A DNA stretch of 64,000 nt from Fimbriosthenelais zetlandica. Taxonomy: Eukaryota. The DNA is taken from positions 46,190,001 through 46,254,000 of the forward strand of contig OZ365111.1 of the NCBI GenBank assembly GCA_977030845.1, given 5' to 3'. The notes under the pieces were generated by a model. It ran no database searches, had not been told where the DNA came from, and saw only the letters and a program-made list of their open reading frames with translations. Of the stretch, positions 52,879-64,000 are shown piece by piece. The position numbers and the translations under genes are program-made. How positions within the stretch are numbered: the first letter of the stretch is position 1; each line of letters opens with the position of its first letter.

Positions 52879-52935
52879 AGCACGTGACAACGACGTGCTA
52901 ATCTCGCGACGCCCCTCGAGATCCTACGCGAGATT
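52879..52935 (-). promoter_or_regulatory. CpG-dense candidate promoter element upstream of the esterase gene
   Basis: Nine CpGs in about 57 bp, a CACGTG E-box, TCTCGCGA and two inverted repeats; 1.6 kb upstream of the ATG exon. Confidence 0.35.
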
Positions 52936-52982
52936 TCCACCTGTGTAAAATTTCTCTGAAGCCATAGGATTCTTTAAGGCCT

Positions 52983-53021
52983 TATTAAATGTATGGGGAT
53001 ACATATTAAATGTATGGGGAT
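52983..53021. repeat. 18-bp direct repeat tattaaatgtatggggat x2
   Basis: Copies at 52983..53000 and 53004..53021. Confidence 0.9.
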
Positions 53022-56000
53022 TGAATCCTACAGCTATAGGTAATATAGAAGAAATGTTTATAAGTTATTCTAGCTGTACTGAGACTTTAGAATATATTTA
53101 TAAAGTATTGAAAGGAAGTATTTATAAAGTGTTGAGAATATATTTATATAGTATGCAGTATAGACCAATCAATCTCCTTTGTAAGCATCTGTAGATGAAC
53201 TGCATGCACTCACATCAGTTCGGAAAAACGCTTCTATAGTGAACCCGAGTTTATCCAGAACTGGGAGTAAAAATACCTTTAATCCTATTAAATCCATATG
53301 ATCGCATTGAACAAATAAACCTTTCTTCTCTGTTCCTTCATAGGTAGCTATATATAACTGAATGGTATTCAGTCCAAATGACCTAAACTTCAAGTAATAT
53401 AGGAAATAAATTGATTCGCCTATAGACGTATTGACTCGCCATGGCAAATTTTAAAATATTGCGTCACGGGTATAGGCATTTTTAGTGAATTGCAATGCAC
53501 CCAATATGAACTACTTTTAATTGAGTCAATGCCCTCATCATGCGGGTTCTATTATAATTGTGAATAGCTTCTTTCATCATTCATAGTAAGGCAGTCACTG
53601 ACTTATATACTTCCACAGACTAAGTGGACGAGTCTCAGGGACCTAGAGCATGTCCCTTCTTCATAAATTGTTAGGGATTACATACAGCTAAAAGCTTGTC
53701 GACGCTCCTCTGAATATCTCCTATTTGTCAAGTGCTGAATGCCTTTGTAACCGCTGACATTTTGAGTGAGTGAGATACACAATACCTGTGAACATCTAAA
53801 GTGAAGGCACAAAGGTCTAGCCACTGAGGAGCATTGCTGCTTGGCCCAGGCAGCAAGAAGAAAGGCAAGATACCCCAGTTTTCTTAATGTCAGCAGCACC
53901 CATACACACATTAACTTGGTAAACTATCCAGTATACGCGGTGAGGACTTACCTTAAGACACAAAGGCTGTATAGGTCTGAACGACCCTTGTGTAAGGAGA
54001 AAAGAAGCGGGGAAGAGCTATAGGTGGAGTGACTCTTTTCGTATCCAGAATATTGGGTAAGGCTTGACAGGTCTCATGTGGATCCTTTTAAGCCTTCCAT
54101 TAAGGATGGACTTGAGATTCAACGTCCCCTCGGGTCAGTGGTCAATCCCATAGTCATTCATCATTTGTAATTGCTATCCAAAGCTTTTGACACTGATCGT
54201 ACCTTATCATTGTTAACTTTAAGATGCGCTCAACAATAGACATGTCTGTGGGATGTCTCTATCTAACCATGGCTGAAGGATGGAGTTGTATATTATGTAC
54301 TTTAACCACAGACAGGAGGAAGAGAGGCGGGCAGGTCCATATACCCCTCACTCTGGTAGACTCTCGTAACACTATTGGTAACGTTAATGGTGTAGCCTGC
54401 TGCAGTGAGCGCCTCAGACGCTGCTGATATGACACAAAGCCGAGCCCTGACAAGCTTCTCAAGCTCTCTCCTAGCCTTTGGATCCCTGATCCATACACCA
54501 TGAGCACCTTGCCACCGAGGCGAGACACGTGGTTCCCAATGGTGAAGCAAGAAGGTAGGAGGACTCAACTCTCACGAGGTGGAGGATGTGGAAAGTCCGC
54601 GCATGTGCACAGCCTCCTGCTGCCGCCATCTCTCAGACATGCCTTGAGATCTCGACGAATGACTGTCGTTCCAATTATTTTCGATTCATGAAAGCGCCTT
54701 TACATGTTTCTCCGTCTCTCTAGTCTATTTTTTCACACAGAGATTCTTTGTCGAGCACTGTTTCAAATTTTGAGTCGTGAGTGAAAGGGCGAATGATAAC
54801 CTGCTTGCTCTTCCTTTGAGAGAATAGTTTTTGTCAAGTAAAACCGATTGCTGAGTGCAAATAATAGTATGTTTGCTATATTTAATCATTAATCGCATTA
54901 AATCATTATAGAAAACATTAGGAAAATGATCTTGGTCGTTGGGAGCAATTAGGGGGAATGGGAAATAAATGTCCCGATCAAGATAAGCTTTGCCAACATG
55001 CAGGCGCACTACGCGGTAGAAAGAAATACTAAGCCAGAGGCTTCACATTCGCTAATTTAGGAGGTAAGCAAGAATGGGAAACAAGAAGAGAAGCTCACAT
55101 TTTCCGCAATAGCTATACTGTCCACATGTATATACCCTTTTTCAAAGACCACATGCGACCTTAATATTCAAGCTGTGATATTTCAACAAGCCAAGTAAAG
55201 ATATTTTAATAATAACAATGTGTTATGGACATGACGGAGGGAAGATGTTATGAGTTATACATGGAGTCCCCAGGAGGAGGAATTCCATGTGGGCGTCGAG
55301 TTTTGTTATATTCTAGTCTATATAGATACAGCAACAACCTGTCGGTCATAGATCACATAACTGTCTCTACTAGGACCAAAAAATGACACACATGTACATG
55401 CAGTGGCTTAAGTGTGCTCAGTCCATTGTGGACATATTTCAGCTACATATGTCACTCTTCTAATGTATCTATTGACATATGCCGAACAGGAGGCTTTGTG
55501 TTGTGGGACAAAGCTCAATTAATGGGCAATCCCAATACAGGTGCACTGTCTATGTGTCTTAAAGAGAATGAAAATATACACTTTTTATATATTGCTAATA
55601 AGAAGGCGACGAGCTGTGATGTTGTTAGGCAAATCAGTACAACATTTAAAGATCCCCTGATGTCAAAGCAAAAAGCTTTTTCTCAGAGAAGTATTTTTTA
55701 AGGAGTACCCCATCCGGACCAATGGCAACATTATGGGAAAGTCCTGTCCTTCGTTCATGCTTATATAAAACGCTCCAAAGACATGCCCAAAACCCGGAGT
55801 AATGATAAATGGGTAAGTTTTTGCTTCCAAAAAATAGCTTCATGCGTTGTCACACGATTCCCACTTAAAGGGGCCGAGGGCGGAAAACTCCAACCCGAAA
55901 AAAAATCGGCCTTGACTATTTATGTGTACTTCCGCAAACCGTTCCCATGGAAGCTTGACAATGATGTTTTGTAAACATAATTTTTTCGTGTTTCCTTGTA

Positions 56001-57100
56001 TTGGTAGTACTGTGTTCTATGATCCTTCATTCTTTTAGGTATTTGTGGGGAGGTTTGATAAAGTTCTGCGGAATGTATTTGTACGCCAGTCATTAGAACA
56101 GAAGTTAAAAAATATTCAGATATACATAGTAGAAGATAGGTATTTCTAAGATGTATTTTTATACAATTACACAGTAACATATACTCCTTGTATTCTGTTC
56201 TTGGGGGGACTCAGTCATAGACACCCGGCTATAGTAGAAATTGATTGAATTTCACAATTGGAAAACAGCTCGCTGACCAGTTTGGGTTCCTCAGGGCTAG
56301 GTTTTAAGCTTTCGCAGAAATCCTTCACAGGTTTGATGCAATTAGGAACAGTTTTAATCATTTTCACCTAATTACCATAGGCGGTTTCATCAAATTACAC
56401 GTGCCGAGCATATTCTTGATGGATTAGCTTCTTGATTGAACTCAAAGGCGCTTCTCTAACGAAGCCCAAACATGGTTAGAATTTCCCTGTTGTATTCAAG
56501 ACAAGTTTTGTTGTCTTTTTCCCGTATATAACGATCATTGGGCTGCCCAAGTTCCTTTGTCTGATACACTGGCACCACAAAATTCACTTTTAAATCACGA
56601 GCTACTTCAAGACATTCACTTCACATAATTAAAAACCTATTTAATATAACTGCTCGTTGAAAACACAAGATTTGAATGGCAGGCTTTTCCATGAATTTTG
56701 ATTATCTCTGAACTGAAAGGAAAAGGTACGTTTTGCTCATTATTCCCGGAGTCGGCCCACTATTTATATTACAACAGGCGGACTTCTGTATGAGAAATCA
56801 CTCCCATTTCTGATGATCTAACACGCCAAGCAGTAATTCAAAGGCATACCTCTCCGCTTATAATCGATACTTGATCGACATTTGGGCTGTTTAGATTATT
56901 TCAGATGCATAGTGGTGGGTCGTGTCCATCTCCCACACTCATGCCTAGCCTCGCCCCATTAGAATTAAAGTGGTGCAAGGATTCTGATCTGTTAAAGTCC
57001 CTTTGCATTGGAATATTATCAATATCCCTGATGTACTGCATAAAGGGCTTCGTATTCTTGAGTTGTGCTTTCGTAATTGAGTGAATGAATGCATGAAGTT

Positions 57101-57245
57101 AGGAAGGAAGGAAAGAAGGAAGGGGGGAAGGAGGAAGGGATGGATGCAGGCAGGAAGGTTTAAATCAACTGAGGAAGTCAGGAAGGACTGAAAGATGGAA
57201 TGAAGGAAGGAATGACTCTAGGAATGAAAGAAGGAAGGCAGGAAG
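57101..57245. repeat. Degenerate (GGAA)n purine-rich microsatellite
   Basis: aggaaggaaggaaagaagga... seen directly; preceded by tgaa repeats. Confidence 0.9.
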
Positions 57246-60200
57246 CGAATAACCTAGAATCGCTTATACCGCAATTGACTAGTTTCATTTTGGGGTGAAA
57301 TTTGGCCTAGCTCGACACACATTTTTATGGCTTAAAGACCTTTTACATAAACATAGAGTTAATATTTCCAGGTGCGGCATGTGCACCTGTCGTTCAGTCT
57401 GTCTAACCTCTCGGGGGAAGTGCCCTTAATAACTCCATGAATGTCTCGGAGGCCGAGGTGTTGGAAGGTAACCCAAAACTCAATTGGAAACAGAGCTAAA
57501 AGCTCCAGGGCATTCCAGTCAATATTGGGGCTCGCTTTTAACACCTTTTTCAGGCCTTCAGTAGAAAGTAAACTAATTCGATGAGAGACAGGTGGCAAAC
57601 TGCTTATACTTCATAATGTTAACACTTTTCCGTGTGTACATCTATGTGGATATGTGTCATGGATCTTTTCAGTGGATTCTGAAATGGATTCTGTACTCAA
57701 GTTACATTTTAATTATTGGAATGTCCCATTTCTTTTCGTTCACGCACATTTTGTGTCTGTTTGAAAGTATAATTGTAAGTACGTCATTCCATTAGATATC
57801 TTTTTAGTAAGCAACTTATCCGTATACATACATGTACGTATATAGAAGCCGATCCTTAAATTCTGTTCTCATTGGAACTTTTAACGTTCCAAAACATTTG
57901 GAAACTGTATTTAGGTTCGATTTGTGAAACCAAATTTAATATCTATCGTATTATCACTCACTTAAACAGATGGTTTTAAATTCCAGTGTTGGCATAAGAC
58001 TACACATCAACATTTTTAAAACTCTTGAATGAGCGAAACCAAAGGAATGCAAAAACTCTAGGTGTATTCCTATAGAGAATACCCTGGATGTTCAGAGACC
58101 CTAGCTTTCTGCGCACAGTTAAGTCCAAAAAACTCTTCATTGAATGGTTTCATCCCTCTCACAATGTACTGTTCTGCCTACTATAATGACATGGAATGCT
58201 ATTTTGGTATAACTCATGTGGTCTGTGAGGAGATATGACTAAAACCCGCTGGGTTTTGGCGCCTTGGGGCGCGACTCTCCACACGCCCTTCCTCACTGGG
58301 GCGTCAAATGCAATGATCAAGGCATGTGCTATGTTTATGAAAACATTAAGTTTTATACTCACATGAATTCATTGAACTGTACTGTCGCCACATGGGACGC
58401 CAGAAGAACCCATGTCTCGTGTCAAACCAGTTAAAAAAGTCCTCAAGGCAGAATCTTACAAGAAAACTCAACAGCTAGGATGGTCTGTATTGTATAAGTT
58501 CCCCTTGTGTTTGAATGGACCTTCTCTTCCTTGTCCTCTCCCCCATTTAATACCTCTGTGGGAGGACCCGTGTGCTTTAAGACTCCTGAGACATGAGGCC
58601 AAGTGGCGGATTGATATACTCCGGTGGTTGTGAAGGGGCTGGTCTTTCTGCGCATGATCAATAGAAAAAATCCACGTGAGAGGAGATTCTCATGGCTTAG
58701 GCTGGGTGAGGAAAAATTCCCACCAATTAGACCATTGGGGAAAGCAGGATCTCAGCATCTATAAAACTTTCCAACAGTATTAAAACTGGACTAAGTTAAC
58801 TTTCAAGAGTTTCCCCATCATAAATTCTCGCGGGGTAAATATTCGATTTTAATATTCAAAATAGGTTTAACTTTGATGTATTTGGGTTAAGGAAGGAACG
58901 TATGGAATGCTCAGCAAGAGGGAGATTTCCCCATGCACATGTGAAAAAACGGCCATGATCATTGGTAGGGCAAGAAGCCCTTTGATGGTTGAGACATTTG
59001 TTACATTGTCCTGAATGAAAAGTAGTGGAAAAACTATGTGTGGGGCGGATGACATTGATACTGTAACTGCTTTCTTGGCCAAACCTTTACGTCTGGTTGA
59101 ATCCTTGCATATCTTGTTATTGCTCAAGGGGAAAGGGTCCTCTTAGGTGGGCTGAGAGTGAGTAAAGTGCCTGGTACTCTCTCTAGGCCCCATAGGACAC
59201 CACCCTGGCCAACCTTCTCACCTACTGCCAAGATCTAATCGCCACGAGGCCTCAGCTTGTGGAAATTAAGGAAATCACAAAAGGCTGGTGCTGTATATTT
59301 ATAGGTCATTGTACAACAATACGAAGGCAATGTAGGCAGACTGATTATATGGCAAATCTCTCACAGAGGGGTCATGTCCAAAAGCAATGCTAAAAGAACC
59401 GAGTCTGGGGTCTGCATAGACATACCACTAGGGTTAACATATCCCGGATCCTTGATCACCAATATAGACATTCGAATCTGAGAATGAAACAGCACCTGTA
59501 TTCTGAACGATGCATTATTATCCTTTCATTTCATCCCAATTATCAAACTGAAAAAAGCCTCTCCGTGATATTTCTCATATAATAAGCAGCTCTTTCGGCT
59601 GTAAGATTTCAGTGACAAGAATTATTGCCTTGGCCTTTAGCAGGGTCCAACAGCATGGGCGTTTGTCACGCAACATTCACACAAGCTACAGATATATACA
59701 TAATATACAGCGATCCAAATTCCAATGATTCGCTATATAGAAACAGTGCCAAGCCACAGCTCGTAGACATAAAGAATTTGGATCATCAACGAAGAAGTAC
59801 ATATCAATATATAGATTTACTCATGATACATTTGACGTTTTATCATCCGAACAGTTCCTTGTGATCTCCAAAATACTGGGTGGGAATTTAAAATGAAAAG
59901 ATGAAAGCTTTGACATATTTTGAATTAGTTCTGCTAAACTGCAGTTTTTATGGCGATTATGGTTAGAGAACTTCAGTAGTCCGAGGATTTTAACACTTGA
60001 AGGCCTTGTCCCAGTTGCTCAGCGGCCATTTTGTCCACATAAGCGCCAAGTGCTACTTTTCACCTATTATCGCTCATGTGTTCCACATCCTGTTTCTGGA
60101 GAATTAGATTGCAGTCTCTATTTACCTCATTTAGAACAGAATATTAAGGAAGGAATAGTAAGTTCAGACATGCTAGATCTCCCCAGGCCAGAAATAGTTG

Positions 60201-63200
60201 GTTTATATATTTCTTATAGCCTAAGAAAATGTTCAAGATAAGAGTAGCAATTTTCCCCTACTCAAGGTAATTGATGTTCTGCAGACATTTAGCAGGTTAT
60301 GTGGCTGACAGAGTTCTAAGGTGTCACGGTGAACCCATCTCTATTACATGTACAATTCAATATTGCTGGTCAATCAGAGCACATGTCCTTGACCTAGGTT
60401 TTGAATAACTTTCTCTCTGGTTCGAGGTATATAGGTTTGCAGTGATAGGTTATCCTGCCATGACTCGATCTGTCCTCTCTAGAAGGCCTCTGATGTATAA
60501 GCCCACACCCACGTATCAGTCATTGGTAATTTTGTTTCCTTTGGTTGCAATTACGTTGACGTATAAAAACATATAAGAGACGAAGGAAATTCTATTGATG
60601 TGGCTTGGTACACTCGGCAATCGATCTGTCACTCATTCCTGATATTTAGACCTTCTTAACCAAGACCGTCTCATGCATTGTGTCCTCCTTGGCAAGCTCA
60701 GGTCAATGGCAACACTGCATACAAAGGAAGGTGCTATTTCGAATTGATCTGATTGTGGCACCAGGAAAAACCCCTATTCCCTGCTCGAAGTAAACGTTAA
60801 GGCGCATCCCCTGAGCGAGACGGGGAGAGAATACCCCATTCTCCATAGACCTGCCTCGCTGCCTTCAATACATACAGATTGCGGGCCTTTGATGGAAGCC
60901 ACTTGCCACGAGGGAACTTTTAACACATAAAATATTGAGTTGGACACAATAATTGGACGGCTTCAACAGTATCTGCAATGGAGATATCAAGGGTAATCCC
61001 AGAGATGAGGGTAGGAAGGATTTTAGATAGGGCCCCTGCACTTTACCGATGGTATTTCTTGAAGCCACTTTCCCATTCTGCCCTTTTCTGTAGTCTGCCC
61101 AGGTCTGTAGGGTTTACGTTGGAAGAAAGTGTCGGCGGGTGCAATCAGATCGAAGTATTCGAGGTGAGGAGCTAAATTGGCCATTCTATTGAACCATCTG
61201 GGGTCCCCTCCCTCTGCCTGAAATCAACCTGAGCCTCGGCTAGTCTAAATTGAGAGAGATCCATTGCAACATAGACCCTTTCGAATCAATCATGTCAATT
61301 ATTTTCCCATAGGTGGGTGGAGGGAATCGATGCGGATGTCCAAATAGGGTTTACCCTGTACCTTTTATGTCATTATAAAAGCAGATAAATGCTTACACAG
61401 TGCGCTGAGAGGTATGTGTTACAGCTGATCCCCTGTCTTCCCAACGTTACATCTATAAAACGAATCTCCATATCGATGGATGAAATATATATGAAGGGAA
61501 GTACAGCGGGATATATTGGTGCATTTCCATTCCCCCGGACCATTTATACTTCTCTAAATCAATTCATTACATCAATTATTGGACGTAATCAGTTTCTATC
61601 ATCTGGGATTTCGAACTGTGAAACTTTTGATAAGGAAGTGGAAATTATTCATAGGTGATCATTCATTGGAGAATCACTGAAATTGCCCTTTGGCTATCAA
61701 TGATGATAGGAGATAGATCTTGCTTGCAGGGAAATGCATGAAACATTTGTCTCACTTAGTGACAAACGGTCTCTTATAGCCATCTATAGGAACATTTCCT
61801 CTTCTCTGGCTACAAATTCTATGTCGATGGGCTGTAGACGGTTAAGAGACCTAATTTTCTTTATTGGCGTTCCAAGAAATAATGCCAAGTCTTGTCTTGT
61901 CACATTGAAGGTGTTTATTACGAGGGAGAGTTTGCCCGTATCAGCATCTTTGGTGATTCAGGTGGCTGAACGTAGACATTAACACTAATCCCCGGATTTC
62001 CAAAGCATCTCCAGGATTTATGTTGATCCTATTCTCTTTCATGATGACAAGCCATTCATCAAAGGACAATCCCTTGTAGGAATCAATGATTGCATGCGAG
62101 GCAAATTGGGCATAGCACTCCTCACTATTGTCATGCTAGGTCTAGATTTTTTTTCACACGTTGTTGGTGAGTGATAAAAGAAAAGAATATCTATCACATA
62201 TTGTTTCCCTCAAGAGCACATAAAAATGCACTGTTGTGTGCGAGTTTGTTATGTATTTGTCCTGCCAGTGCAATGTCCATGTCTTTGACATGCATAGATG
62301 ATGTCAGCAATAGGGAAGAGGGGCTGAATTATGTACATCATTCATGTCGGCGATGCAACCTTTCTCTTCTTGTTTGCATACGGCTTTGGCAACATACTTT
62401 ATATCATATACACCTCCCCCTCCCACCTATACACTACACACATTGATTGATGCCCCCTCCTTATTCCCATCATACCGACAAAGAATGAAAGAATCCCCAT
62501 TGCATATTCTAGTGGATAAACAATGTATTTTTCAACCAACCATGGCACCTTTCTATTATCAATAATCAGGAGGAAATGAAGACAATCATCAGCAGATGAG
62601 AACCACAGGGAACTTGATTATGCTTAGCAGAAGATTGTGGCGTCTTCACTCCAGGTATCCCACTAAAATGGTAATTTCAAAATGAAGACTGGTTATATGA
62701 AGAAAGAGGTTCCCTATAACAGCCTGGTCGCAGATGATATTGGCAGTTGGGGGGTTGCATTGTTCAGGCGACTAGATCCATTAAACATGAGCTTTCTTAC
62801 CGATCACATTACCGGGATTGCCACCCTCGGTGAGCAAGACATGTTTCATGAACAATATTATAAAGGAAGCTGAATTTTTACTTGTTGGATTAGCTTCAAG
62901 AAGTTACACTTAGCACGTCATTATTCAAACTAAAAGAAACCCAACAGGGGATTTTTAAGTACATGTAGTTGATGACATTGCTCTTTCCCATCCCATGTGG
63001 TTTTACTCAGTACTATGCTTCACTGTGAAACCCATGATTGAAACCCAAGAATATAGTACCGCGTGCAACAGTTAATTCTCATTCATATTGGATTGAAAAA
63101 TAACTTTTCGAAAGAATTCATTGTATACTAGATTCAGACTGCTATACGAATGTACATCTTAACCTTGGCCTTATTTCATTAGAAAGTAAAATCCCCATAT

Positions 63201-63425
63201 TAAGAATTAAATGCCGAGTTAATTATAGAAAAACCAAACCATGTTGATAAACTGTTAATCCGAGAATGTGTCTTAAAAACTTTTAAGAAATAGGAATTTC
63301 AAGAGAACAAAGACAGAGGTAGGACATCAGCACCTCATTAATTAGTCGGAAGCACGTGGATGAAAAGACCCTCCGGTGGTCCCTTAAAGATTCTTGAATC
63401 AATGGCAGCCAAAGGAAAATGGATG

Positions 63426-63479
63426 TTGTTTTTTTCTTTTTTTTCGTTTTTTTTACATTTTTTTTTTTTTTTACATTTT
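63426..63479. repeat. T-rich low-complexity tract (possible decayed poly-A tail on the minus strand)
   Basis: Interrupted poly-T with repeated ttttacatttt. Confidence 0.8.
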
Positions 63480-64000
63480 CTCTTAAAGCAGGTTTACCAA
63501 CTCAGCAACACACCGCCCATTATCTCTTGTGTAGATGGAGTAAACTGAGCTTTCCCTAAGCTCCACCCAGCTATTTCAAAGGTCACCGGTAGGATCATGA
63601 TCCTCCTTGGCACTAGACAAAGGTCAATGAGTGTAGCCTATGCTCCAGTTTGTTTCACGTGAGCAAATGGGCAGGAAAAATAAAATATGGCGGAAATTAG
63701 CTTATATCTCTCCCCTGGTCTCCCGAACCCGAGCCACTCTAAACAAGGAATTCACAGTATTAACACTGAATCTCAGCCTGACCTTTTGCCACTCAAAACA
63801 AAGGTCAGGGGATTAGAGAAAGAAAGGTAGAAGAGAAGACGGGGTGGGGGAGATAAGAGAAAGGCAGATGATGAGTTACATTCACTCCTCCTATATATCA
63901 TCGGTGTATAGGTGGTCTGAGGGAGGTGTGCGGGGTGGCTTGCCCGTTTGGATCTAACCAAACATTAATAAGGGGGTCAGTGAGAATTGGTAAATGAGGC

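Overview
AT-rich eukaryotic (metazoan, probably invertebrate) genomic DNA with GT-AG introns. No prokaryotic operon, CRISPR array, rRNA or intact tRNA was seen. Two convergent intron-containing genes could be assembled by hand, with consistent splice phases. (1) Plus strand, CDS join(23147..23204,29791..30173,30326..31435): a 516-aa adaptor with two SH3 domains, an N-terminal MANLC motif, overlapping DSGxxS degrons and a C-terminal TYL PDZ-type motif. It resembles Dlish/Vamana-type adaptors (from memory, unverified). (2) Minus strand, 10 coding exons from 51281 down to 39674: a 625-aa type I membrane carboxylesterase-fold protein. It carries neuroligin-type signature motifs and a C-terminal TRV PDZ ligand, yet keeps a complete Ser-Glu-His catalytic triad; this is the most interesting object in the window. 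The rest is intergenic or intronic DNA with small palindromic MITE-like elements, microsatellites, homopolymer tracts, motif clusters and short ORFs that could not be assigned.
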